From Lachnospiraceae bacterium (GTDB lineage: Bacteria > Bacillota > Clostridia > Lachnospirales > Lachnospiraceae): a DNA stretch of 64,000 bases. Every line of letters starts with the position of its first letter. Positions within the stretch are counted from its first letter, which is position 1. The translations under genes and the position numbers were made by a program. The DNA lies in assembly GCA_017936785.1 (NCBI GenBank), contig JAGBEV010000036.1, positions 18,408 through 82,407 of the forward strand. The letters run 5' to 3'. This document shows positions 48,774 to 61,867 of the stretch, piece by piece. The notes under the pieces were generated by a model, which was not told the DNA's origin, did no database searches, and saw only the letters and a program-made list of their open reading frames with translations.

Positions 48774-48801
48774 ATTTCGGCAGCCTCTAAAAAAAACTTA
48801 A
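48774..48801 (-). promoter_or_regulatory. Candidate sigma-28 (FliA/SigD) promoter
   Basis: Minus strand TTAA-16 nt-GCCGAAAT, close to the TAAA-N15/16-GCCGATAW consensus and upstream of a flagellar operon. Confidence 0.5.
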
Positions 48802-48811
48802 CCCTTTCTGC

Positions 48812-51649
<2,838 letters not shown>

Positions 51650-51706
51650 TTTTTTGCCCTTTCGTGCATTTTTCCTTTTTAATGCCAACTATATACAAAA
51701 ACAGCA

Positions 51707-53713
51707 TCAAGCATCTTCATCCAGAGCTTCTAACTGCTTTTTCAGTTCCACCATTTTATCACGCAGTTCCGCAGCTGCCTCAAAATTCAGGTCTGCCGCT
51801 GCTTTCTTCATCTGCTTCTGAACATTGCCGATCAGCTTCTCCAATTCTTCCCTGCTCATGGATTCAGGGTCCTTTTCAAATTGAATCTCTTCCTTTGCAA
51901 TGGTCCTGGAAATACTGATCAGATCCCTGACAGCCTTTTTGATAGTCTGGGGCGTAATGCCATGTTCTTCATTGTACCGCATCTGAATCTGACGGCGCCT
52001 TGCAGTTTCATCTATGGCAGTGCGCATAGAGTCCGTCATGGTATCCGCATACATGATCACATGCCCGTCAGAATTTCTTGCAGCACGGCCGATAGTCTGG
52101 ATCAGGGATGTGGCAGAACGCAGAAAACCTTCCTTATCCGCATCCAGAATCGCCACCAGAGAAATCTCAGGGATATCCAGACCTTCCCTTAACAGGTTGA
52201 TACCTACCAGCACATCAAATACATCCAGACGCATGTCCCTGATGATCTCGGCACGCTCCATGGTATCAATATCCGAATGCAGATATTTAACCCGGATTCC
52301 CACTTCTTTCATGTAATCCGTCAGATCTTCTGCCATCCGTTTGGTCAGGGTCGTTACCAGGACCTTATTTTTCTTATCCGTTTCCCTGTTGATCTCAGAG
52401 ATCAGGTCATCGATCTGTCCTTCTACCGGACGTACAGATACCTCCGGGTCCAGCAATCCTGTGGGGCGGATGATCTGCTCCGTCCGCAGCATTTCATGCT
52501 CTTCTTCATAAACAGAAGGTGTAGCGGATACAAACATCATCTGGTCTATCTTGCTTTCAAATTCTTCAAAGCATAAAGGCCTGTTATCCAGTGCAGAGGG
52601 CAGCCTGAAACCATAATCCACCAGAGTAGTCTTGCGGGAACGGTCTCCTGCAAACATTCCTCTGATCTGAGGCACCGTAATATGGGATTCATCTACAATG
52701 ATCAGAAAATCATTCTGAAAGAAATCCATTAAGGTGTGTGGTGTCTCCCCCGGCTGCATACCGCTCAGATGCCGGGAATAATTTTCAATGCCGGAGCAAA
52801 ATCCCGTTTCCCGCAGCATCTCTATGTCGAAATTGGTCCGTTCGGAAATCCTCTGTGCCTCTAACAGCTTATCCTCTCCCTTAAAAAACCGGACCCGCTC
52901 TTCCATTTCCGCTTCAATATCCTTACACGCCCTGTTGATCTTTTCCTGGGGTACAACATAGTGGGAAGCAGGAAAAATGGTAATATGATTCAATTCCGCA
53001 TGAACATTTCCAAGGAGCGGTTCCACTTCACAGATCCTGTCGATCTCATCTCCGAAAAACTCCACACGGATCAGGAAATCGCCGCCTTCTGCGGGATAAA
53101 TCTCCAGTGTATCTCCCCTTACCCGGAAATTTCCACGCTGCAGATCCATATCATGTCTTTCATATTGAATGGAGATCAGTTCCCTGATAACCTCATCCCT
53201 GTCCTTATTCATTCCCGGCCGCAGGGAAACCAGCATTTCCATATAATCATCAGGACTTCCCAGACCATAAATACAGGATACGCTTGCCACCACGATCACA
53301 TCCCTGCGTTCTGTCAGGGAAGCCGTTGCTGAAAGCCTCAGCTTGTCAATTTCATCATTGATAGAGGAATCTTTTTCTATATAAGTGTCCGTGCTGGGCA
53401 CATATGCTTCCGGCTGGTAATAGTCATAGTAGGACACAAAATACTCCACTGCATTCTCCGGGAAAAATTCTTTAAATTCTCCATAAAGCTGCCCCGCAAG
53501 GGTTTTATTGTGGGCAATGACCAGTGTAGGCTTATTTAATGCGGCTATGACATTTGCCATGGTAAATGTCTTGCCGGAACCGGTAGCGCCCAGAAGCGTT
53601 TCAAACTGATAACCCTTTTTAAAACCTTCCACCAGTTCTTTGATCGCCTGCGGCTGGTCTCCGGTAGGTTCATAAGGCGCATGCAATTTAAATATGGACT
53701 TTTCTTCTGTCAT
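51707..53713 (-). CDS. uvrB: Excinuclease ABC subunit B
   Basis: [31 protein letters not shown]-terminal FEAAAELRD; GGAGG RBS. Confidence 0.98.
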   Translation of the reverse strand: MTEEKSIFKLHAPYEPTGDQPQAIKELVEGFKKGYQFETLLGATGSGKTFTMANVIAALNKPTLVIAHNKTLAGQLYGEFKEFFPENAVEYFVSYYDYYQPEAYVPSTDTYIEKDSSINDEIDKLRLSATASLTERRDVIVVASVSCIYGLGSPDDYMEMLVSLRPGMNKDRDEVIRELISIQYERHDMDLQRGNFRVRGDTLEIYPAEGGDFLIRVEFFGDEIDRICEVEPLLGNVHAELNHITIFPASHYVVPQEKINRACKDIEAEMEERVRFFKGEDKLLEAQRISERTNFDIEMLRETGFCSGIENYSRHLSGMQPGETPHTLMDFFQNDFLIIVDESHITVPQIRGMFAGDRSRKTTLVDYGFRLPSALDNRPLCFEEFESKIDQMMFVSATPSVYEEEHEMLRTEQIIRPTGLLDPEVSVRPVEGQIDDLISEINRETDKKNKVLVTTLTKRMAEDLTDYMKEVGIRVKYLHSDIDTMERAEIIRDMRLDVFDVLVGINLLREGLDIPEISLVAILDADKEGFLRSATSLIQTIGRAARNSDGHVIMYADTMTDSMRTAIDETARRRQIQMRYNEEHGITPQTIKKAVRDLISISRTIAKEEIQFEKDPESMSREELEKLIGNVQKQMKKAAADLNFEAAAELRDKMVELKKQLEALDEDA

Positions 53714-53781
53714 CTTCTCAAACCTCCGCAAACAATCTCTTTTTGCTGCCGGCATCTATACAAATAGAATACCGCGTTTGA

Positions 53782-53820
53782 AGTATATCATACCCAAACG
53801 CGGTTTGCAAACATTTGTTC
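53782..53820 (-). promoter_or_regulatory. uvrB sigma-A promoter with overlapping LexA (SOS) box
   Basis: Minus strand GAACAAATGTTT (53820-53809; Firmicute GAAC-N4-GTTY) overlapping TTGCAA-17-TATACT with TG extension. Confidence 0.8.
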
Positions 53821-53825
53821 TGTTT

Positions 53826-54713
53826 TTACCATAAATTTTCTATTATCTTTTTCTTTAGCGCCTCCGATTCCTTTCCATGAAATTTCCTTGCAAAACAAAA
53901 GTTTCCGGCGGCAATCTCTTTGTAGTCCTCTTCTTCCAGATAAACCGGACTTCCTCCGTCCCCACGTTCCCAGTTCATATAACGCAGTTCCCTGTCTATG
54001 ATCCGCTTTTTCCATTTCCCGTCATAAAAATCCTCATTGAGCAGCAGGGTATGAAAGAAAAATTCCTCCGGGATCTGACAGCGGTACATTGCCTTTTCAT
54101 ATTCAGGATGACTTTTCACATAACCGAGAATATCTTCTGCCGCCGCCCTGGGCATGGAAATATACACAAGCCCTTTGTAGACATTCCTGAATTCTCCCAG
54201 GGATTTCCTGCGGATTCCCATAAGTTTCTGCAGTTTTACGGTCACATTCTGCATTTGCCACAAAACCGGATTTTTTACGTTTTTATTCTGGAACAGATTA
54301 TAATAATAATATCTTTTTTTAACCGCCTCATTGAAATCCTTCTCTTCAATAAAACTTAAATAAATATGCCCTTCCTCTGCAAATTTTTCATGAAGCCTGC
54401 GGGGACTGAGTACCGGGAAATCCTCTCCTGTCAAAAAATGAATATAGCTGATATCCTCCTGTGAAACCGCCATTTCCATCAATTGCAGAAATGCCTGTAT
54501 ATGGGTATAACCGCCCCAGGCAATGGAATAAGTGCTGACAGCATGGCAGCCGGGAATGGTATTCAGCCTGTCTATTTCTTCCCTGCCGATTTCCCTGCTC
54601 TTTTTATCCACATGTATAAAAACTTCATCCTCCCGGGACAAAAAAGAGGCCAGCTCATAAACTGCCGCAAAATCCTTGTATGCAGTTATGAGATAGCCCT
54701 GTTTTTTTTGCAT
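53826..54713 (-). CDS. GT14 / core-2 I-branching family glycosyltransferase
   Basis: YLITAYK, FIHVDKKS, IAWGG, LTGEDFP, PEEFFFHTLL, LRYMNW, FARKF. Confidence 0.85.
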   Translation of the reverse strand: MQKKQGYLITAYKDFAAVYELASFLSREDEVFIHVDKKSREIGREEIDRLNTIPGCHAVSTYSIAWGGYTHIQAFLQLMEMAVSQEDISYIHFLTGEDFPVLSPRRLHEKFAEEGHIYLSFIEEKDFNEAVKKRYYYYNLFQNKNVKNPVLWQMQNVTVKLQKLMGIRRKSLGEFRNVYKGLVYISMPRAAAEDILGYVKSHPEYEKAMYRCQIPEEFFFHTLLLNEDFYDGKWKKRIIDRELRYMNWERGDGGSPVYLEEEDYKEIAAGNFCFARKFHGKESEALKKKIIENLW

Positions 54714-54719
54714 GTTATT

Positions 54720-55985
54720 TTATTCTCCAATCTGGGAACGCAGAATTTCTTTGGCACGGTTCATCTGATTGTCAGTACCGTTTTCCACATATGCTTCCAC
54801 ATCCAGTTCCAATTCCTCATCCGGCGCAATTCCCACACCATGAATATCCGCCCCGCTGGGAGTATAATAGTGGCTGATGGTCAGCTTTACTGCAGAACCA
54901 TCGGAAATGCCGAATATTTTTTGTACGATGCCCTTTCCGAAAGTGGTCGTACCCAGGATCGTTCCTTTTTTATAATCCTTAATGGAACCTGCCAGTATCT
55001 CAGAAGCACTGGCGCTGTTTCCGTTGACCAGGACTACCAAAGGCACATTCAGTTCATCCTTACCGTCACAGGTGTATTCCTTGCGGTTGCCATCCCGGTC
55101 TTCCGTATAGACTACAAGTCCTTTTGGCAGAATGTGGTTGGCAATGGCAACAACTGTCTGCAGGCTTCCGCCCGGATTATCTCTCAGATCCAGTACCAGC
55201 CCCTTCATACCATCCTTCTTGGCATTCTCCAGGTTCTCTTCAAACTGGCTCAAAGTTACTTCATCAAACTCCGTGATCTGTATGGTGGCGATTTTTTCCT
55301 CATCCATGTTGTAGACTACGGTAGGTGTCTCGATTTTTCGTCTTTCTACGGTAAAATTCAGATAATCCAGTTCCCCGTCACGATAAATGGTCATATCCAC
55401 AGTGGTATGTTCCGGTCCTTTGATATAAGTGACAATATCCGAGGTGGTCACGTTTCTCATATCTTCATCATTTACTGCTACGATCAGATCCTCGGCACGA
55501 AGTCCCGCTTCCAGAGCCGGAGAACCTTCCATGACCTTGGTTATCTTGCAGTAACCACTGTTCTGGTCAAAACCGATATAAGCGCCGATGCCATAATAAA
55601 TGCCCTCTGTAGATTCCATGACAGCTTCCAGTTCCTGCTCTGAATAATAAGTGGAATAAGGGTCGCCTAATCCGTTCACAAAACCATGATACAGACTTTC
55701 CTGTATATCATTTTCACTGACGCCTTCCAGATAGTAGCGGTCGATACTGTCTTCCAGCAATTGCAGCTTTTGAACTACCTGATCATCAATAACAGAATCT
55801 TCTTTAGAAGTTCCCGATGTCATTGCTGCTTTTCCGTCCAGCAGGGAAACAGAATTCTGATGAATCCAGACAGCACTGATAATTCCCACAACCAGAGCGC
55901 CTGTAAACAATCCACCCAGAAAGGTCTTAATGCCCCTGCCTTTTTCAGCATCCCCTATCTGCTGTACAATTTCTTTCTCTTCCAA
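54720..55985 (-). CDS. ctpA: S41 carboxyl-terminal processing protease with PDZ domain
   Basis: LGDPYS, GIGA, LDLRDNPGG, SASASEI, TFGKGIVQ; TTG start. Confidence 0.93.
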   Translation of the reverse strand: MEEKEIVQQIGDAEKGRGIKTFLGGLFTGALVVGIISAVWIHQNSVSLLDGKAAMTSGTSKEDSVIDDQVVQKLQLLEDSIDRYYLEGVSENDIQESLYHGFVNGLGDPYSTYYSEQELEAVMESTEGIYYGIGAYIGFDQNSGYCKITKVMEGSPALEAGLRAEDLIVAVNDEDMRNVTTSDIVTYIKGPEHTTVDMTIYRDGELDYLNFTVERRKIETPTVVYNMDEEKIATIQITEFDEVTLSQFEENLENAKKDGMKGLVLDLRDNPGGSLQTVVAIANHILPKGLVVYTEDRDGNRKEYTCDGKDELNVPLVVLVNGNSASASEILAGSIKDYKKGTILGTTTFGKGIVQKIFGISDGSAVKLTISHYYTPSGADIHGVGIAPDEELELDVEAYVENGTDNQMNRAKEILRSQIGE

Positions 55986-56002
55986 TATTATTTACCTTCT
56001 TA

Positions 56003-57244
56003 CTATAAATAATTCCGTGGGTTGACATAACTTCCATTAAGCCGGACTGAAAAATGCAGATGATTTCCCGTGGATCTTCCCGTAGACCCTACTGCTGCAA
56101 TTTTTTGTCCTCTGGACACGGTCTGTCCGGTAGAAACATATAACGCCGACGCATGCATATAGATCGTATATAACCCACCGCCATGATTGATCATAATATA
56201 GTTGCCCATACTTGAGCTGTAGGAAGCGGCAATGACCGTTCCGTCCGCTGCGGCAAGAATGGGACTTCCGCCCGGTGCCGCCATATCCAGACCGTTATGA
56301 AACTGTCTGACTCCCAATGTGGGATGTATACGGTATCCATAATCATCAGAAATCCTTGTAAAAGATGGTGCCGGCCAGCAGAAAGCACCTCCGCCGTAGC
56401 TGGGCGTCTCTTCAGGTATATCATTACCGGAAAGATCCCTCCTGCGCTGTTCCGCCTCTGCCTGGGCAATCTTGTTTTCAAGAGCTGCAATGGTTGCATT
56501 CTGTGCAGCGATCTCTGCTTCATATTCCTTAATCGCCTTTTCCTTATTGCTGATATCCGTCTCATAATCTTCAATCTGTTCATTCTTCTGGTCGATCAGA
56601 TCGGACATTTCCCCTTCCTTCTGGGTTGCCTCTTTCTGAGACGCTTCCAAAGCAGCCTGCTCTTCTTCCAACTGTGTCTTTAAGAGAGCAATTGCCGTTT
56701 TGGTTTCCTGATACTGTATCAGCATATCCCTGTCGTAGCTGGATATTTCCTCAATATACTCGGCTTTATTGATCATTTCCGAGAAATTCTCCGCACTGAA
56801 GATCATAGAAAGATAAGTCTGGTCTCCCTTTTCATACATAAATTTAATGCGCTGTTTCATGGAAGCATACTGGTTTGCTTCATTTTCTTCCGCTTCCTTT
56901 AACTGCTGCCTGATCTGGGTAACCTCCTGCTCCTTTTCAGCAATCTTGACCTCCAGCTGGGATAATTTATCCTGAATTGTCATCAGCTGGCCATCCAGCT
57001 CCACCACATAATCGCTCAGATCGTTCTTTGCCTCTTCCAGATCCTCTTTCTGGTCTCTGATATTTGAAAGAGTATCCTCCATGTTCTCTTTTTCATCCTG
57101 AGCATTTTGCAAGTCTTTTCTACTGTTTTCCAGTTCTTCATCTTCCTCATCTGTATTCACATTTGCAGCAAATGCAACCGATGGCATGGACCACAGCAAA
57201 GTAACGCACAGCAAAATACTGAATACCCTAAATAATTTCTTCAT
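56003..57244 (-). CDS. Coiled-coil plus M23 peptidase (FtsEX-associated, EnvC-like)
   Basis: Signal peptide, long coiled coil, HNGLD and HLH M23 motifs. Confidence 0.9.
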   Translation of the reverse strand: MKKLFRVFSILLCVTLLWSMPSVAFAANVNTDEEDEELENSRKDLQNAQDEKENMEDTLSNIRDQKEDLEEAKNDLSDYVVELDGQLMTIQDKLSQLEVKIAEKEQEVTQIRQQLKEAEENEANQYASMKQRIKFMYEKGDQTYLSMIFSAENFSEMINKAEYIEEISSYDRDMLIQYQETKTAIALLKTQLEEEQAALEASQKEATQKEGEMSDLIDQKNEQIEDYETDISNKEKAIKEYEAEIAAQNATIAALENKIAQAEAEQRRRDLSGNDIPEETPSYGGGAFCWPAPSFTRISDDYGYRIHPTLGVRQFHNGLDMAAPGGSPILAAADGTVIAASYSSSMGNYIMINHGGGLYTIYMHASALYVSTGQTVSRGQKIAAVGSTGRSTGNHLHFSVRLNGSYVNPRNYL

Positions 57245-57259
57245 AAGCACCGTTCCTTA

Positions 57260-58156
57260 CTAAACACGAATATGTTTTCTGACAGTTGTAAAACTTCCGA
57301 TAAAACCGATTCCTACACCGATACAGATAGATACCGGCACCAGGGTACGGAATATTTCTCCCACCGACATAAATTTCAAGATGGATGAAAGGACTGTAAA
57401 TTTGTTCAACACAAAACCAATCACATTGTTATATACCAGATACACGATTCCCAATGGGACCAGAGATCCCATGGCGCCGATCAGCATACCCTCAATGACA
57501 AAGGGGAACCTGACAAAAAAGTCTGTAGCGCCGATATATTTCATGATATTGATTTCTTCTTTTCTTACGGAAATACCGATAGTTACCGTATTGCCAATAA
57601 GGAATATGGATACGCAGAGCAGGATGATAATGATACCTATTGCCACATACCCCACCAGCCTGTTGATACCCGCCAGGGTGTTTGCAGTGATCTCGGACTT
57701 ATTGATAGTCCTGATACCATCCAAAGTCTCCAAATACCCCACAAGAGAGGACTGCATGGAAACATCGTTTAAATAGATCTCATAGTTGGAAGAATCCGCC
57801 AGAGGATTTTCCGTAAAGCCGTCTGCATATTCTCCCAGATATTCTTCCTTGAAGCTGTCCCACGCTTCATCTGCTGAAACAAAATGAATATGATCCACTT
57901 CGCTGCGTGCTTCGATCAAAGAACCGATCTCGGCAATCCGTTCCTCGCTGATGCCCTCATCAAAAAATATGGTAACTGCCACGCCGTTTTGTGCTTCTTT
58001 TACAATATATTGAAAATTTGCCACAAAAGAATAAAAAATTCCGAACATAAACAAACATGCGCTAATGGTTGCAATGGATGCAAGGGAATACCATTTATTG
58101 CGGAAGATGTTTACAAACCCCTGTTTTAAAGTATAAATAAATGTACTAAATCTCAT
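57260..58156 (-). CDS. ftsX: Cell division permease FtsX
   Basis: Four TM helices, ENPL, EINIMKYIGATDFFVRFPF.EG. Confidence 0.95.
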   Translation of the reverse strand: MRFSTFIYTLKQGFVNIFRNKWYSLASIATISACLFMFGIFYSFVANFQYIVKEAQNGVAVTIFFDEGISEERIAEIGSLIEARSEVDHIHFVSADEAWDSFKEEYLGEYADGFTENPLADSSNYEIYLNDVSMQSSLVGYLETLDGIRTINKSEITANTLAGINRLVGYVAIGIIIILLCVSIFLIGNTVTIGISVRKEEINIMKYIGATDFFVRFPFVIEGMLIGAMGSLVPLGIVYLVYNNVIGFVLNKFTVLSSILKFMSVGEIFRTLVPVSICIGVGIGFIGSFTTVRKHIRV

Positions 58157-58838
58157 CGATGTAAGAGCCTTCTTTCTGGTCGCTGACGATGACTCCCTTA
58201 TTCATCGTAACTACCCTTTTTTTCATGGCATTGACAATTTCCCTGTTATGGGTAACTACCAAAACCGTGGTTCCTTTTTCATTGATCTCTTCCAACAGCT
58301 TCATGATCTCCCATGAATTTTTGGGGTCCAGATTACCCGTAGGCTCGTCTGCCAGCAGAATAGGCGGATTATTTACAAGAGCTCTTGCCAGTGCCACACG
58401 CTGCTGTTCCCCACCGGACAATTGTCTGGGTCTGGCTTTATATTTGCCGGCAAGTCCCACAATGGAAAGGATGGAAGGAACATTTTTCTTGATCTCCTTG
58501 CCGGGCACCTGTACTACCCTCTGGGCAAAAGCAACATTTTCATATACATTTCTGTCCTTCAGCAGACGGAAATCCTGAAATACAACTCCAATATTTCTTC
58601 TGAATTTGGGAATCTGACGATGTTTCAGTCTGCCTACATTCACACCGTTGACCTCTATGGTTCCAGATGTAGGAAGAAGTTCCCGTAAAAGCAGCTTGAT
58701 CAAAGTGGATTTACCCGATCCGCTGTCACCAACGATAAAAACAAATTCTCCCTTCTCAATGTGAACGCTCACATCATTCAGCGCCGGAGCACCCGTTGAA
58801 TAAGACTTACTCACATGATCCAATGTTATCATTCTCAA
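58146..58838 (-). CDS. ftsE: Cell division ATP-binding protein FtsE
   Basis: GDSGSGKST, VFQDFRLL, LSGGEQQR, DEPTGNLDP. Confidence 0.96.
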   Translation of the reverse strand: MRMITLDHVSKSYSTGAPALNDVSVHIEKGEFVFIVGDSGSGKSTLIKLLLRELLPTSGTIEVNGVNVGRLKHRQIPKFRRNIGVVFQDFRLLKDRNVYENVAFAQRVVQVPGKEIKKNVPSILSIVGLAGKYKARPRQLSGGEQQRVALARALVNNPPILLADEPTGNLDPKNSWEIMKLLEEINEKGTTVLVVTHNREIVNAMKKRVVTMNKGVIVSDQKEGSYIDEI

Positions 58839-58852
58839 TTTACCTGCTTTCC

Positions 58853-59941
58853 TTAATAATCAAAGCTTTCCATATACTTCATATACTTCACAACCATTAA
58901 AGCGATCTTAAAGGTTATTGCATCCTCAAACACCCTCAGATCCAGTCCTGTGCTCTTCTGGAGCTTATCCAGACGATACACCAGCGTATTTCTGTGGATA
59001 AACAACTGCCTGGAAGTCTCAGATACGTTCAGACTGTTCTCAAAAAACTTATGTATGGTGGTAATAGTCTCATCATCAAAATCATCCGGACTCTTACCGC
59101 CAAAAATCTCACTGATAAACATTTTACAGAGGGGAATGGGAAGCTGATAGATCAATCTGCCGATTCCAAGCTCACTATAGGCAATGACTCCTCTTTCTTC
59201 AAAAAAGATCTTTCCCACATCCATTGCCATCTTGGCTTCCTTATAGGAACGGCTGACTTCCTTGATTTCATTGACAATATTACCATATGCCACATGTACC
59301 TTGGAAATGCCTTCCTTCTCCAAATGTCCTTTGATACCCATGGCAGTTTTTTCCAATTCCGCCTTGGGATCTGCATCCTGTATCTCCTTGACGATCACAA
59401 TATTATTTTCATCTACCGCTGTAACAAAATCCTTGCTTCCCGTACCGAAATAACTGCGGATTGCCTCCAGCATGTTGTTGTCTTTTCCTTCATGGGGTTC
59501 TACGATCATGACCGTCCGCTTTGCCTCAGTTGGAATATGCAGTTTTTTGGAGCGGCTGTAAATATCCACCAATAGCAGATTGTCCAACAGCAGATTTTTA
59601 ATAAAGTTATCCTTATCAAATCTTTCCTTGTATGCCACCATCAGTCCCTGAAGCTGGAATGCAGCCATTTTCCCTACCATGTAGGAATTTTCTCCTGCTC
59701 CCACTACTACTAAGATATATTCCGTCACCTGATCGTCATATATCTTAAAAAATTGATATTTGGCAAATTCCTGGCTATCCGCAGGCGATTTGGCAAAATC
59801 CCGGGTTGCGGCGCTGTACTCCGCTCCCCCCGACGTAGTTGCCGCTACTTCGTTTCCATCCGTATCCATAACCACAAAATCTACGCGGGATATGGCTTTT
59901 AATCCATCAATTGTGTTCTGCAGTATCTGATTTGAAATCAT
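58853..59941 (-). CDS. PucR/CdaR family transcriptional regulator
   Basis: GGDEF-like central domain and C-terminal HTH LFIHRNTLVYRLDKL..TGLDL. Confidence 0.9.
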   Translation of the reverse strand: MISNQILQNTIDGLKAISRVDFVVMDTDGNEVAATTSGGAEYSAATRDFAKSPADSQEFAKYQFFKIYDDQVTEYILVVVGAGENSYMVGKMAAFQLQGLMVAYKERFDKDNFIKNLLLDNLLLVDIYSRSKKLHIPTEAKRTVMIVEPHEGKDNNMLEAIRSYFGTGSKDFVTAVDENNIVIVKEIQDADPKAELEKTAMGIKGHLEKEGISKVHVAYGNIVNEIKEVSRSYKEAKMAMDVGKIFFEERGVIAYSELGIGRLIYQLPIPLCKMFISEIFGGKSPDDFDDETITTIHKFFENSLNVSETSRQLFIHRNTLVYRLDKLQKSTGLDLRVFEDAITFKIALMVVKYMKYMESFDY

Positions 59942-60097
59942 AACCCCGCTCCTTCTCAACATAATCTTAGCAATGTAAAAAACCCCAATTTTTCATTTTT
60001 GCTCATTATGTAAACAATTTTAATACAATTCCACAAATAATACCAGTATAAAGTGTGATTTTTTTATGCAAATTGATTGAAAAATTACATTTTTTGT

Positions 60098-60163
60098 AAA
60101 AAAAAGCTGCCTTCATGGAAAAAATATACATATTAAAGCACATTTTTTCTCATGGAGACAGCT
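60098..60163 (-). terminator. Long imperfect hairpin terminator after the TagA-like gene
   Basis: Imperfect ~21-nt arms (60105-60125, 60142-60163) followed by a T run on the minus strand. Confidence 0.5.
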
Positions 60164-60166
60164 GTT

Positions 60167-60865
60167 TCACTCATTATTCTGTTCATTTTCCTGATTCATC
60201 TGTTCATTATAACGGTCCAGTCTCATACGGAACCATTTCTTTAACATTCTCTCGTATACCTGCCGGATCAATCCTTTACTTTTTTTATCCAGTTCCCTGT
60301 CTGCCCTTACCATCAGCCAGATGGAAACATTCAGTTTCATATGATTGTCTGACAGAAAGGTTTCTCTTTTGGGAGACTCCAGATTGGAGATCAGCACATC
60401 CGGCGCTTTCAGATTGATATCATTGATCACAAAATCATCATCATATTCCAATTCTTCCGTCGCCAGCCTGCCTACGATGCGCAGATCCTCTTCATAGGCT
60501 GTCAGTTCATCCTCGATCTTTTTTAATTGGGATTCCGTCTGGCTTAAGAGATAAACCGTTTTCCGCTGCCTTACCAGCTTTTTTAAAAACTCGGCAATAA
60601 ACTCGCCGTTTTCCACATCATGAATTCTGCTGCGGTAATTGATATCCGCCGCATGAAGAATATCCGCATCCGCCACTACAGTCATATCCAAACTGTCCAC
60701 CCAGTTCTTGATCTCCGGAGAATCCTGTGCCGCAATAAGTCCTTTCATGGTAATCAGTGCAATTGTACTGACTTTTCTGTCACGAAAGAACTGTTCTACT
60801 TTCCGCATGGATTCACGAAGGGTCAGATCCTGTAGTGAAATTCCCAGAACTTCCATTTTCCTCAT
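60167..60865 (-). CDS. WecB/TagA/CpsF-like protein (divergent)
   Basis: MEVLGISL N-terminus, VYLL, IN..APDVL, SPKRE resemble TagA; several motifs are altered. Confidence 0.65.
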   Translation of the reverse strand: MRKMEVLGISLQDLTLRESMRKVEQFFRDRKVSTIALITMKGLIAAQDSPEIKNWVDSLDMTVVADADILHAADINYRSRIHDVENGEFIAEFLKKLVRQRKTVYLLSQTESQLKKIEDELTAYEEDLRIVGRLATEELEYDDDFVINDINLKAPDVLISNLESPKRETFLSDNHMKLNVSIWLMVRADRELDKKSKGLIRQVYERMLKKWFRMRLDRYNEQMNQENEQNNE

Positions 60866-60911
60866 AGGTCCACCTTACCCGTACATTACATTATTGTATT
60901 GCGAGCTATTC

Positions 60912-61859
60912 TTACTGTAACACCAGCTCTGCAACCATGTAAAGAAAACTAAATACCACAGCCACTATCAGTGGTAACGTCCAAAGAGACCCCTTCTTTT
61001 CCCCCTCGGATTCTCTCTGCTTTCTCTTGAATATCCCCACAAATTCATTTTTTCTCTGCTCGATTGCCGCCATTCCATATAACAGCAGTACCGCCAAAAC
61101 GGTAGTCGCCAGGGCAATGACACCGAATATCAAAATTGCTATCAATAAAAACTGATGATAGGTCACTCCAAGCTGTGCCAGGCTTTCATCCAGCAATTCC
61201 TGGGAATCGCCTCCTGTAACTGCAAGCTGCTTCTGCTGAATAAGCATAACAGCCACATTATAAGTATTGATACAGCCATGGAATATCATGGAACTGGCAA
61301 TACTGCCTGTTGCCTCTATTAAAAGGACGCCCATGATGCCCACCACAATAGCATAGCTCATCTGATTGAAATTCAGATGCATCAGTCCGAATAAAAAGGC
61401 AGACATAAACATTGCCGCCAGAATCCTGCCCGTTTTCCGGTAGCTGTGATAAAAAATACCCCGGTACAGAAATTCTTCATTCATTGGTCCCAAAATGCCT
61501 ACCACTAAAATGATCAGCCATCCGGGAACCCCTGTCATGGCACCTACGATCTGGTTCGCCTCATTTTCCACAAACAGCATGGAGATCATATTGACAACCA
61601 TGATCAGCGGCATACATAATCCTGTAAATACCACACATAACAGTGGGGTAACCGGTTTTATCCTTCCATGAGCAATAAAGCCCGACTTTGTTTTCGTTCC
61701 TGCCAGAAAACCAAGGGCAGGAAGAAGCATGATCAGCTGATTCAGCACCAACGCAGACATTGTGCCAAGCCGAAGACCGGTTACCTGTAAAAATATAATG
61801 ACCGCCGCTTCCACCAGTAAGGAAACGAGAAACAGGCGGTTTGCTGCTTTTGTACTCAT
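60912..61859 (-). CDS. CPBP (CAAX/Abi) intramembrane metalloprotease
   Basis: EEFLYRG, FGLMH, HGCIN motifs in a polytopic protein. Confidence 0.9.
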   Translation of the reverse strand: MSTKAANRLFLVSLLVEAAVIIFLQVTGLRLGTMSALVLNQLIMLLPALGFLAGTKTKSGFIAHGRIKPVTPLLCVVFTGLCMPLIMVVNMISMLFVENEANQIVGAMTGVPGWLIILVVGILGPMNEEFLYRGIFYHSYRKTGRILAAMFMSAFLFGLMHLNFNQMSYAIVVGIMGVLLIEATGSIASSMIFHGCINTYNVAVMLIQQKQLAVTGGDSQELLDESLAQLGVTYHQFLLIAILIFGVIALATTVLAVLLLYGMAAIEQRKNEFVGIFKRKQRESEGEKKGSLWTLPLIVAVVFSFLYMVAELVLQ

Positions 61860-61867
61860 ATTCCTGA

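Noticed and set aside
54483-55643. 386-aa plus-strand ORF
   Set aside because: Antisense shadow of ctpA and the GT14 gene; no recognisable motifs.
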